A stretch of DNA of 64,000 bases from Eledone cirrhosa (Eukaryota). Shown in pieces: positions 27,576 through 39,631 of this stretch. A model generated the notes under the pieces. That model had not been told where the DNA came from. It saw only the letters and a list, made by a program, of their open reading frames with translations, and did not search any database. The DNA is taken from positions 89,714,001 through 89,778,000 of the forward strand of contig OZ024746.1 of the NCBI GenBank assembly GCA_964016885.1. The letters run 5' to 3'. The translations under genes were made by a program, and so were the position numbers. Within the stretch, counting starts at the first letter, position 1. Every line of letters starts with the position of its first letter.

Positions 27576-27578
<3 letters not shown>
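27395..27578 (+). mobile_element. Short fold-back cassette, family H1
   Basis: About 45-bp arms meeting at 27441-27443; tail matches the reverse complement of 3531-3620; (TA)n flanks. Confidence 0.85.
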
Positions 27579-27627
<49 letters not shown>

Positions 27628-27631
<4 letters not shown>

Positions 27632-27834
27632 AACCAGTAAGACCCCGACAGCTGAGCTCAAGCCGTTTCGACGGCTAATTCTGGACTAACTTTTTTTAGT
27701 CCAGAATTAGCCGTCGAAACGGCTTGAGCTCAGCTGTCGGGGTCTTACTGGTTCCTATTACCCACTCTACTACCTCAAGCATTGAGTACTTTGGTGCGTT
27801 ATGGTCCACCTGGTTCCTTACCACATTTCCTCCG

Positions 27835-27836
<2 letters not shown>
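27628..27836 (+). mobile_element. Fold-back cassette family H3
   Basis: Perfect 62-bp inverted arms 27628-27689 and 27696-27757; tail with TTGAGTACT; (TA)n flanks. Confidence 0.85.
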
Positions 27837-27881
<45 letters not shown>

Positions 27882-27888
27882 AATATAT

Positions 27889-27919
<31 letters not shown>

Positions 27920-27936
27920 CGTCGTGAATGGTTGCC

Positions 27937-28008
<72 letters not shown>

Positions 28009-28604
28009 CTTTGTATAGTTAGTGTATATGTAAATCTTTATATTTGATAATCTCTCATAAGGTTGAGATGCAATTTAGGCAATATTAGGCTGCGTTTCTA
28101 GTAACCAGCCCACTCGCCGTAATGCACCAATCACATTCTTTCTGACTTGACCACTGCCACATCACAGTTCTTAGCCATTTTGAATTCGTTTCTGGCAAGG
28201 ATCATTTATGAAAAATCTTCGTCCAAGTGAGTGTGTTTCCTGATGATTTCGAAGCTCGTGAATTTATCCTTTATCGGACATTTCCAAAAGCGAAGGAACC
28301 CCAAGGGGTAGAGACGTAATCATGGTATGTTTATATACATTTTTTCTTCTAACTTTAATTTTATACATAATTGTGTATGGTTGACGATATATTTAATCGA
28401 TTTCCACGTGCTATTGAAATGGTGGCTAAATATTATATAGCTGTTGATCGCGAATAGATGGCTGTCGTTTATTTATCTATTATTTCTTCATAGGTGCCTT
28501 TAATCTTATAGCCTGCTTTAATTGTTTTTTTGTGTGGTTGCTTATGCTGATTTGGAGAGGAGATGGTGTATATATCTTATCAAATGATTCTATGGACATA
28601 CTTT

Positions 28605-28664
<60 letters not shown>

Positions 28665-28669
<5 letters not shown>

Positions 28670-28847
28670 GTTTCTACTTGTGGCACAGGGCCAGCAATTA
28701 CCCAGTACATTACTGGTACTTTATTTTATCGACACCGTAAAGATGAAAGGCAAAGTTAATCTCGGCGGGATTTGAACTCAGTTCGTAAAGGAACGTAACT
28801 GTGCTGCAAAGCATGGCGTCTGACCCTCTACTGATACTGCCAATCCA
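28665..28847 (-). mobile_element. SINE family A
   Basis: Near full-length consensus match between TA-rich tracts. Confidence 0.9.
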
Positions 28848-28894
28848 TATATATATAATATATATAATAATATTATATAATATATATATATAAT

Positions 28895-29529
28895 CATATT
28901 TCCTTTGTCTAACACTTTGAAACTACTCGCCAAAAACCGGAAGTTGCTTCCCTTGTTGGAAATAACACGTGACAACTAAATATACGATTCGCTTGCTCAT
29001 AGCAGCATCATTTTGAGTTCGCCCTGATCTTAAGCATAACGAAATTCCTGTTGATGAAATGAGTCCTCTGTTCGTTCATGGAATACGACGAGCGTGCCAG
29101 TTACGTAAGTCGGATATTTGATTTCGAATTCATAGAAACACTTTAAATAATAACGTTTGATCTGTCCAGGTGTATCTTTTCAACCTGTTAGTTTTCTCGT
29201 TATTTTGGTATTGTTCAATTTGTCAAGCTATTTAAACGTATGTTATTACTCTAAGGACCTACCCTTATTGAGTGCTTTGCTAACTCATTCATAGTGTAGG
29301 TCGACTTTGCTTGCCCACAGCCAAATATTCGATTTTACTAAGCCTCCACTTATATTATTTTGTCCTAGATTTAATAATTAATTAATTAATTTAATTAGAC
29401 AATTCTGTTGGTTGGTTAATATTTGTGTTTGTTTAATAACATCTGGTTGAGAGCTTTTATTCTGAATGTTAGCGGAAATTAGAATATTTCCTTTGTTTAA
29501 CACTTTGAATCGATTTTACTACGCCTTCA

Positions 29530-29532
<3 letters not shown>
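28895..29532 (+). mobile_element. TA-flanked element with internal direct repeats, degenerate hammerhead and TTGAGTGCT motif (PLE pseudo-LTR-like)
   Basis: ATATTTCCTTTGT.TAACACTTTGAA at about 28897 and 29484; TCGATTTTACTA.GCCT.CACTTATA at about 29328 and 29510; 29372-29508 homologous to the reverse complement of 3040-3177. Confidence 0.55.
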
Positions 29533-29621
<89 letters not shown>

Positions 29622-30382
29622 GAGAGAAATAGAGAGAGAGAAAGAGAGTCAGAGAGAGAGAGAAGAAAGAGAGGAGAAAATATATTATTTATAATATATT
29701 ATATTGCATACTAAAATAGTGAAGTTGGAATCTTTGCCGATTTATTGTACAATATATTACGTAGATATACTCGTAGTCCTTATTTCATTTAGTATAAATC
29801 ACTTTATATACCTTCTTCTAGTCATATTTCCAAGTAAAATATTGACCACATAGAAATATATATTGCATCATTGCGACATTACAATAATATATTATTATAT
29901 CATATTTCGTATCCTCATGAATACCAATACCGTAAAGCAAAAAACAAAAATATTAATAGGAATATCTTTTGCCGTAATGTTCTAGATGGAAAATTTATCT
30001 TTATACTATTGTGTGTTGGATGTATGATTTGAATGTTCTACATATCGCTTTATATAATATTTTCACAAGATAGGAATCAAATCAATGGGAGTTTTGTAGT
30101 CATGAATTTTTGACAAGAAAACGATAGCAAATCGTCGATGTTCTTTTGACAGATATCAAAGAAATGACTTTCCTGTCACACCTCTTAAACATACTGAATA
30201 ATATAGTGGCTATTCCAGATCTAAAAATGTATGCTTCTATATACTATGGATTAGTATGGCTGGGAAACATCTATCAAGGAAGACAAACCAGATATAAGAA
30301 AACCAACAATAACAGCAACATTTGAACACAACCTTAACATTAGGTACGAGAAATATTATCATAAATGCAAAGAAATAATAAA

Positions 30383-30595
30383 TAATGATTTCTACTACAG
30401 GCACAAGGTCAGCAATATTTGGGGGTAGGAGAAAGTTGATTAAATCGAACCCAGTACTTACTGGTACTTTTTTTATCGAACCCGTAAGGTTGAAATGTAT
30501 ACACGGCAGGGTTTGAAATAAGAACGTAAAGGGCCATATCTCTATCTGAAAAAAACTTGGTGTCTGACGCCCCAGCAGTTTTACTAATCCACCCC
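30383..30595 (-). mobile_element. SINE family A (long form, diverged)
   Basis: GGCACAAGG...AAAGTTGATTAAATCGAACCCAGTAC...GGTTTGAA. Confidence 0.8.
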
Positions 30596-31001
30596 CCCCC
30601 TAAACAAGTAATAAATTATACCATAGCGTACTATTCGTTCTAAACAGAATGTGTCTACGATGGAAACAAAGAGAGCTGTTTTATTCAAATGTCAGAAATA
30701 TTTATCATTTCATTGAAGTACTGTACCAGGCAGTTCCATTGTTGTCACTCATTTTCATGTGGGTAACGTCGTACCTTAAACTGTGATTTGTTGTGAATAC
30801 TGCCACTGCATCATCATACCGGGGTTCGCATGTCTTATGGAATAAACAATGTTGTATTTATTAACCTAATATATATATATATATTGCAGAATGAAAGAAT
30901 ATCAGTAAACTACTTGTTTTCCTTTCCGTACATCTATATACATTAACCTATATTTTAGGAAACTATATTTTAGGAAACTCATACAGACATACCAGGTCAC
31001 A

Positions 31002-31161
31002 TGGTGTCGGATGCCATGCTTTGGCGCATATAGTTACGGCCCTTGCCATTCTGAGTTCAACCTGCCGAGGTTAACTTTGCCTTTCATTCTTAAGGGGTCG
31101 ATAAAATAAAGTACCAGTAATACACTGGGTAATTGATGGCCTTGTGCCTAACGTAGAAATA
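31002..31161 (+). mobile_element. SINE family A (5'-truncated)
   Basis: Consensus match from ATGCCATGCTTT to GTAGAAATAATT. Confidence 0.85.
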
Positions 31162-31219
31162 ATTAATTATATATGTATATATAGGTCAACTTTGCCTTGC
31201 ATCCTTACGGGGTCGATAT

Positions 31220-31849
31220 TGGTATTTCATCGCTTTAAATACCATATACCTCCGGTTGGTGCGAGCAACGGCTAAAAAAAGTCGTTGGGACACGTAAATA
31301 AAGGGGACACGAGAGTGTAAACAAACAAAGATTGTGAAGCAACGAAAAGTGGGGAAGAAGGAGTCAAGTCCCAAATTTCCATGAATATAAGTTCGGTGAA
31401 ATCGTGAACGAGAGAGAATAAAGACCATCAAACCTGGTTGGAATGTGAGCAAGGAAGGAATTCCGTACAGGTCTAACGGGAGGAAGAAGGAATCTAGTCT
31501 GTGAATTCGGTAAACATAAGTTCTGTGAAATCGTAGACGAGAGAGAGAAAAAAAGGAAACATGCCTGACCAAAGGTGCGAAAGAAAAGAATTACGCACAG
31601 GTCAAACGGGAAGGAGGAGGAGGAGGAGGAGGAGAGGTAGTAACAGAGAGTGAGTGAGTGAAGGGTGAGGAATAGGCTAACAGAGAGAGTGACTGCTAGA
31701 GAGGGTATATATATACGAAAACCAGTGTATCTGTAGCTAAGATAGTGTTTGTTTTATTTACATTATTAAATCACACTCTCTCACTAACTCTCTTGTCTTG
31801 TTTCCCCAACATTTATTTTCTACATTACCCATACATACGTGTCCGTACA
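31220..31849 (+). mobile_element. Candidate solo LTR
   Basis: Interrupts a SINE; purine-rich with an about 130-bp internal direct repeat (GAAGAAGGA...ATAAGTTC.GTGAAATCGT..ACGAGAGAGA), TATA-like run, ATTAAA, ends ...GTCCGTACA. Confidence 0.45.
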
Positions 31850-31871
31850 CTAAAGTACATATACATATATA

Positions 31872-31971
31872 ATTAATTGTTTCTACTTCTGGCACAAGGA
31901 CAGCAATTTTCCAGTACATTACTGGTACTTTATTTTATCGACCCCGTAAGGATGCAAGTCAAAGTTGACCT
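31872..31971 (-). mobile_element. SINE family A (3' half)
   Basis: Consensus match, flanked by the duplicated ATATACATATATAATTAAT. Confidence 0.85.
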
Positions 31972-32207
31972 ATATATATATACATATATAATTAATGTGA
32001 CGTCGTATGTCTGTATGAGTTTCCTAAAATATAGTTTCTTAAAATATAGTTAATGTATATAGATGTACGGAAAGGAAAAAAAGTAGATTACTGATATTCT
32101 TACATATATATATACGTGTGTGTGTAAAAGGTAAACATAAATAACAATACAATCGGTACAGTACATGGAAAGGAAATATTAGGTTAACGCTTTGTATAGC
32201 AGGAAGA

Positions 32208-32248
32208 GGGTTTTAACGTTTCGGACGCTCGTCCTTCATCAGAAGAAA
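32208..32248 (-). ncRNA. Minimal hammerhead ribozyme motif
   Basis: Minus strand TT-CTGATGA-A-GGAC gagc GTCC-GAAA-CGT-TA-AA; palindromic AACGTT stem III; stem I very short; inside a microsatellite-flanked segment at 32125-32392. Confidence 0.65.
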
Positions 32249-35200
32249 GAATGAAAAATTAGATAGATTGAGGGGACAGGCGGGTTGGAATTGCAAAAAT
32301 GTCTTCAGATAAAAGTAACAGGTCCATTCATATTGAGATCTCTTGCAAAACTGTTGGTGCTGGCGTTTTGTGTCTGATTTATTTTTTAGAAATATATATA
32401 TATACATATGTGTGTGTGTGTTTGTACATATACATTTATTTCAATTTGTAATACCGTAATATCTATTTTATAAATCCCTATTCGTATTTTGCTCGCTTCA
32501 TTTTGCGTTTTATGAAATATAAATTCCGGTCAGTATTTTAAGCGTTAAAACATTATACAATATATTTGACTTAACAACGTGAACATATATTGTAACTCTC
32601 GTAACTACGATCTAGGTATTAGTGCTCATTCTTAACATACAACGATCAGAATAGCATTATACAAGATCATCTACTCTCTTTACGGAATACAGACTTTCAA
32701 GTTTATTATATCTTGCTGGGATCAATAATCGCGATATAGAGACAATGTGGTTGGTTTGAAGCATAATTGCAGTTTCATATTAATTCTCTATATTTCATGA
32801 TTTCGTTAACATATATCAGGCTTTTTCTTTCATATCAGATATTGATTCTGATGTTTCATAGTAAGATCATAAAATGTTATAATCGGTTATCGTTATTTTC
32901 ATTTGCGCAGCTTCCACTTTTCTCTGGTGTTAATGTAAATTCAAGATTTATATTTGTTCTATAAACATAAAGGCACATTCATTTTATGTATTCTTGGAAG
33001 GTACAGCAATGGTTTGAGGAATTCCTGCTTAGCAAACATCAATAATTATCTCGGGATTGCTTAGAAGAATTCTAAAAGCTAATTCTGCCTTTTAATCATT
33101 CTAGTAAAATACAGATCCTTTTAACTTTTATAGTCCCTCATTGGCGCCTTTCATTTCGACTGATTAAACATTTTCTAGTACTTGTTTAGTCTCCCATCCA
33201 ATGTCTTTATGACCGTATCAGGTGTTTTGAGGAGGTATTTCTTCAATAGCTGCATACGGGCATTGCATTTAATGTTATTGTTCTTTTTACAAATCATGAC
33301 ATATTTGTAAAACGTAATATCAAATATTTTGTCTATAAACATAACCACTAAAAGAAAAAGAAGTTACTAATTGCATAAAAAATATTTTCCTTTAAAATAT
33401 CAATCATATTTTTCATAATTGGATAATGTTTATTTTTTACTTTTATGGATAATCTTGTGTAATGTGCATAAGAAAAAAAATTAAATTTAGCAATGCATAA
33501 TAATAAATACCCCCGTCAATTTAGCTTTCAGCTAGACAGTACAAAAAATATTTATGGAACATTACTTGAAATCATAGACTACGGAGATGAAGCCTAATAT
33601 TATGAGATATTCTATTTACGAATACATTACTCCTGAGAATTTTCAGCCTTCCAATATTTGATATGACATTAATATTCATTTAAGCCTGTAATTGTGTGCT
33701 AGAATTTAATTGTGTTTGGAAGCATGAAGTGATGCATGCATACGAAAAGGTTTGATCATTGACATGTGTAATATAATATGGCGGTAATATTTGCTTAGAT
33801 CAACATAATTTAAAGTTTTACATGGTTGGGGTTATGAAGGCGTCCTTTTAGCAAAAGCGGAATGTTGATTCACCATATTCTTTTCGTGCAAGTCAGCTAG
33901 TCTAAAAATGAAAAAAAAGAACAAACGAACGTCTTTAAATAAGATATTAAAACGAACGCTGAAAGCCAAAGACAATGATACAGTTCTATCAATCTACATA
34001 ACAATATGCATGTTTGGCAATATTATATTTTTGTACATCATTTGGAACGTGCATATAGTGAGTTTATTGAAGTAGATAAGAGCAACAGTTAATCAGTGCG
34101 TACGGGAACTAATGCGTAAGGTTCATTATAAAAATCGAACAAACAGATATGATATGATTTTGTCAGACAAGAAACTCATATCAAAACGTGATCTGCACTC
34201 CATCATATTTTAGTTCAAGGATATAGAAAAAGGGTTTTCATATTTCCTGTGAGGTTATGCATACACATTCACATAGAATATATAACAGGTAGTCATTTCG
34301 ATCCAAAGTCACATAGCAAGTAAAGCATGGTAATGTGATTAAATGGAAGAAAGATTACAGAAACGACTTGATTCGGATTCGGGAAAATATTCGTCAATGA
34401 TGGATAGAAGTTAACATAAAAGGATCAGCTCCACACAACACGCAATTCTATTCGTATTTTATCGTAGAATACACAAGGTCGAATAACAATGTGGAATCAA
34501 TTTACATCGTTATTGATTGGATCAATGCATATGCCACATTTTATCAGAGCAATTTAAATGACGTTTTACAATGAAATAGCCAAACCTAACATCCATTATT
34601 TGTCTTTCTCACTGAGGGCGTGTGTAAAGATATTCAATATGTGCCGTTGTATAGTATGACATTTCAATTGATTTATTATTGCGTATGTATACTTGAGTAT
34701 TTTACATGGAGAGAAAACTAATATCTAACGGAATATATATAATGCAACAACAAATATGATTCAGGATAGAATAATGAAAATCTGCTGACTACTATACACA
34801 AACAACCCCACACGTTCATTTGACTGTCAGTCATATTGATATCTCTTATTAATAAGTCTCCATCAATTGTATCTGTCATGTAGACGGTGTATTCATTTTC
34901 GAAACATCCTACTATACTCCATTAAACACTAATAGTATGTAGGTTTGCTATGACTGCAATCTGTTGGAATGTGTGGACGGCTAGCCATAGGAGGCCAGGC
35001 TCTTCTTTATATTTAGCTATCTTTGATAGCACGTTAATATTTCTTTTGCAAAGAGTTGTGTAGTTGAGAAATCATTCGATACATTTAATTACTCTATCCA
35101 AGGTTAGCGCTCATTTATGCGAAATAGAATGCCGCAAGATACGATTTGTTCACTATACTTGTCTGCATCCAACTGTGTTAATTTATGATTATGAAGTTAT

Positions 35201-35340
35201 ACAGTTATTATATGATATGCCCTGGTGATAACAAAGTAAAATGACGCACATGTGCCCATACAATTATAGACACAAAAGCCGTAAAATACTCATACCTCTC
35301 CAATGAATGATACAGCGGAAAATACAGAATGAAATATACT

Positions 35341-35388
<48 letters not shown>

Positions 35389-35491
35389 GTTAAAGATGTA
35401 CATCCATATATGTATACTGAAATTGTTTAAGCGTCAGTCATACAAAAGTGAGTTACAAACGAAACGAAATTTAATTTCGTTTCGTTATTTG

Positions 35492-35554
<63 letters not shown>

Positions 35555-35599
35555 TAGAAATGGCTGTGTAGTTGCTATTTAAGGTAACTTAAAATGCAG

Positions 35600-36560
35600 T
35601 GGGACTACGATTATGTTGTGGTAGCGGTGTTGTGGTGGGAAGTGTTTTTCGAGGAGCCTAAAGAAGATTGCTACCTCGGCATTGCGGGGAGCGTTGAACC
35701 ACGTTACGTGGCGTGAGCGGTGGCGTCGCCTGCTGGTTCCGCTAAGGGAAGCTGGATAGAAAGAGATTTCCTCCCTAAAGCCGCTTCGCTTGAGGGCTTG
35801 ATTGTAATGAGGCGCATGTTCATCGAATATCTGCTCATTAGCGGACAAGCGAAATATGCGGAGGGAGATGTTTTTAACCAGTTTATTGGTGATGTTTCTA
35901 GGATGGTTAGTGCTGGGTGGATGTAGTGAAGGTTCTGGTTTGGTTTCCTGTAAGGGTAGTACAGAACATTTTCGAAGTTGAATGTAACATCCATGAAATT
36001 GACTCAGGTTAGAGACGTTTGTAGGGTGATTTTAAATCCCCAGTCCCGGAAGAAGTTGATTAGTTGTTTACGAACCCGGTTTGTACTACTTGGGTTGTAC
36101 CCTTTGAGGGTAAGGAGCACATCGTCTCGGTACAATCCACAGCCGAATGCAGAAAACATTTCGGTGATTTTACGTAGTAGGAATAATCCTATAAGATCGG
36201 TCACCTCGGCTGAGTCGGTCGCGCCCATACTGACGTCGAAGGGGGAATCGGGAGCTCTCTTTATCCACTTGGAGTTGACAAAAAGGTGGATTGTCTGCCT
36301 GGCGTCAAGAATGATGATTCTTTCTTGGTCGGTGATGGGTGTGAGTGTTTTGGCAAAGTCCAAAGCGGCCGTAAGGAGCGGTAAGGTAAAAGAGGCGTAA
36401 TAGCTCTCTATCTCGAACTGGATGAAATTGGTGTCGCGTTTGTCCTCAATATTCCTGAACCATGAGATGACTTCCTGGGTGCTGACCCAAAGGCTAAGTC
36501 TCGTATTTTGCTTAACTTTTGGTATAACGCGGTCTAGCATCTTTTTACTGATTCTGCCTA
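35600..36560 (-). mobile_element. Penelope-like element reverse transcriptase fragment (pseudogene)
   Basis: FIQFEIESYYAS, FDVSMGATDSAEVTDLIGLFLL, CGLYRDDVL, F.DVTFN...YYPYRKPN, HVTWFNAP...FFRLLEKHFPPQH; frameshifts; starts at a (TA)n tract. Confidence 0.9.
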
Positions 36561-36871
36561 TATATATATATAAATTAAAATGAAACCGTGTTCTGACTAA
36601 ACACTATCTATGGAAGTGTAAAATGACTCCTGTTTCTAATGAATTAAACCTAACCTATACATTCGTAAAATTATGATGGATGCATTTATAACACATGTAT
36701 TTCATTTGATTAATGACATTTATACACAATGCAGGTAAAATATTGACACGAACGTGCTTAGCAGGAATTTGCCGCTGTTCATAATTTTCAACATATTTAC
36801 GTAGATACAGAATTCCTCTTTGGAATTAAGTATATGCGTATATATTTGTTCATTATTAATCTTCATTATTT

Positions 36872-37010
36872 GACGCTTAGAGTTATGGCCCTTGCCATTC
36901 TGATTAAATCCAGCCGAGGTTAACTTTGCCTGTCATCCTTACGGAGTAGATAAAAGAAAGTACCAGTAATGCACTGGTAATTGCTGGTCTTGTACCAAGA
37001 GTAGAAAATT
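36872..37010 (+). mobile_element. SINE family A (5'-truncated)
   Basis: Consensus match. Confidence 0.8.
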
Positions 37011-37224
37011 ATCTTACAGCAGATGGAAGATTTTAACTTGAATTAATTTCATTGACAACGTCACCGTTCAGATTTAATTAATACAATTTACACCCCATCA
37101 TTTAGATACTGCTTTGTGATGGTCATATGATGAGAAATGAACCTGAAGTCAATGTTTGAATGCACGTGGAATCTCTTTACCGCACAATAATGTAATTAAT
37201 ACATAGAATGATATTTCTATGAAC

Positions 37225-37413
37225 CGGTGAATTGGCAGTATCGGTAGAGCGTCAGACACCATGCTTTACAGCATAGAGCTATGGCCCTTTACGTTCTGAG
37301 TTCAAATCCCGCCGACGTTAACTTTGCCTTTCATCCTTACGGGGTCGATAAAATAAAGTACCATTAATGCTCTGGGATAATTGCTGGCCTTGTGCCAAAA
37401 GTAGAAACAATTA
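37225..37413 (+). mobile_element. SINE family A
   Basis: Full length with A box TGGCAGTATCGG and B box GAGTTCAAATCCC. Confidence 0.92.
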
Positions 37414-37446
37414 TATAGTGCGTTGATTGGTGTGATACTCACATAA

Positions 37447-37632
37447 TTAATTGTTTCTACTTTTGGCACAAGGCCAGCAATTAAACAGTGGATTACTGGT
37501 ACTTTATTTTATCGACGCCATAAGGATGAAAGGCAAAGTTAACATCGGCGGGATTAGAAGTCAGACCATAAAGGGCCGTAACTCTTTGTTGCAAAGCATA
37601 GCGACAGACCCTCTACCGATACTGCCAATCCA
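37447..37632 (-). mobile_element. SINE family A
   Basis: Near full length; TSD GATACTCA.ATAATTAAT. Confidence 0.9.
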
Positions 37633-37660
37633 AAACTATCGATACTCATATAATTAATGG

Positions 37661-37757
37661 TGTAAATTTGGGTAAACAAATAAAACGTTACATGGGTAAA
37701 TTTGGGTAAACAAATAAAACGTTACATGGGTAAATTTGGGTAAACAATTAAAACGTT
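37661..37757 (+). repeat. 34-bp tandem repeat, about 2.8 copies
   Basis: TAAATTTGGGTAAACAAATAAAACGTTACATGGG starting at 37663, 37697 and 37731. Confidence 0.9.
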
Positions 37758-38063
37758 TTATATATATTGTAAGTTTTCGGTTATCACCAGCAGAAACATG
37801 AAGATATTTCACTTAGGTGCATTAGAAAGAAACATTAACTTAAATTACAAACCCTAATTCCAGTTTTTTCCGATATTGACCACTTCATTAGGATTTCGAT
37901 ATCTGAAAGCCTACTAGAAATAATGGTCACATTAATTTCTTATCGCAGCTTAAATAAGGGCAAACACACTATATGACGACCATATTGCTCTCATATCTCA
38001 TCATAAATATTAATCAGAACAGATATAGATAACTGCTTAGTATAACTCAGGTAGTCAAAGACT

Positions 38064-38151
38064 TGGGATTTGAACTCAGAGTGTAAAGAGCCATAACTCT
38101 ATGCTGCAAAGCATGGTGTCTGACGCTCTACCGATACTGCCAATCCACCGC
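38064..38151 (-). mobile_element. SINE family A (head only)
   Basis: GGGATTTGAACTCAG...CCGATACTGCCAATCCACCGC. Confidence 0.85.
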
Positions 38152-39631
38152 AATAATTGATGGTAAATTGTATCAAATTTGATTGAAAATACACAGTTAT
38201 AGATTGGCATATGAGAGAACAGGGACAGTAGCTGATCCATAACGATCTTTCTTCGTTCATTCTTTCTCTACATTGAGATCTTTGATTATTTCTTCTCTTA
38301 AACTAAATCAAAATATTAATCTATATTATATCTATATTTACTATGTCTATTACCCAGTGAGATAGCACGAATCTGTTTGTTTCTCTATCGAGAGTTTTCA
38401 GCTATACTTTTTTCTGAAGCCATCTTCTAATTTACGAGATCTCTTCCATCAAATGCCGTGTAATAACGTATTTCAGTGTATCAATCATATTCAACTTCTA
38501 CATTCTATGTACCCTTACCAAAAATATAAGCAACAAAATATGCAGAAACAGCCAATTTTCCTTCGAAACCTTGTCAAAGAATTGCAATGGATAAAATACA
38601 ATTTGCGATGAAGCCACGTTAGATGATAAAATAATTTATCGCAACCACAGTCAGATCACATTAGATTTCAGAATACTGTTTCAGATGTTTCTATAAACAT
38701 ACAACAACTGAAGTAGATATATATGGATGGAAAATCATTTTGATATATGGAAGGATTATGATAGTGACTGTAGCGTGCGAGGGTATATGTTTTATATTAT
38801 ATCGTTCATATGTATGTTGTTACAATAGATATTTAGCCAAAATTCTTTTATATCTGATGAAGCAGAATTAAGTTAATATGCGCTCAAACTTCATTATCAG
38901 CTTATTCCCAGGCAGATATTACAGGAGCACACTATCCAATTTATATTTCCTTTTCCTGCGACAGTGAAAGGTGATTTGAAGAAGATATTGCTGCTATTCA
39001 GAGCAATTGGAGAGAAGTTGTTTGTGAATTTATCAGTTGAAATCTCATCCGATTTAAAAATCCAGAATGTATGCAAATAGTATGTTCAATATCATCCGTT
39101 GATAAAATCGACCACACAGTTCGTATGTGACCTAGATGATATACACGCAGACTTTGTTCATGGTAGTTTTATCAGTAACTAAACAACCTTTTATTTATTG
39201 TTGTCTCATTTTCTACAGTCGGTGTTCAGGCCTAAATAGATTCACATGTATTCTACATCTCACTATACTCGAGGAAATAACTAGCAATAATTATAGTGGA
39301 CGCAATTCAGGCTATAAAGTACAGCATATGAATAAGAAATATCTCCCAATGTGTAGATGTATGTGTAAGTTATACAATATTCAACATGTAGTTCGAGAGA
39401 TCGATAGACGTTGAAGAGCAATATATTTACATAATTGTAAACATTAAATATGAAGTAATGCAACTTCATTCACAGTTACCTACTATTTAAGTTTTTATTT
39501 CTGCATGAACCCTGCAGCTAAGCAAAATATATAATGACGTTATAAAGTAACTATGTGTCCCGTATGTGCTTGTGAGAATAACACAGATTCAACAGATGAA
39601 GCACTATTAATGAAATCATATCATTATGATT

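Noticed and set aside
35455-35487. Small palindrome AACGAAACGAAATTTAATTTCGTTTCGTT between TA tracts
   Set aside because: Too short to assign to the cassette class without other copies.
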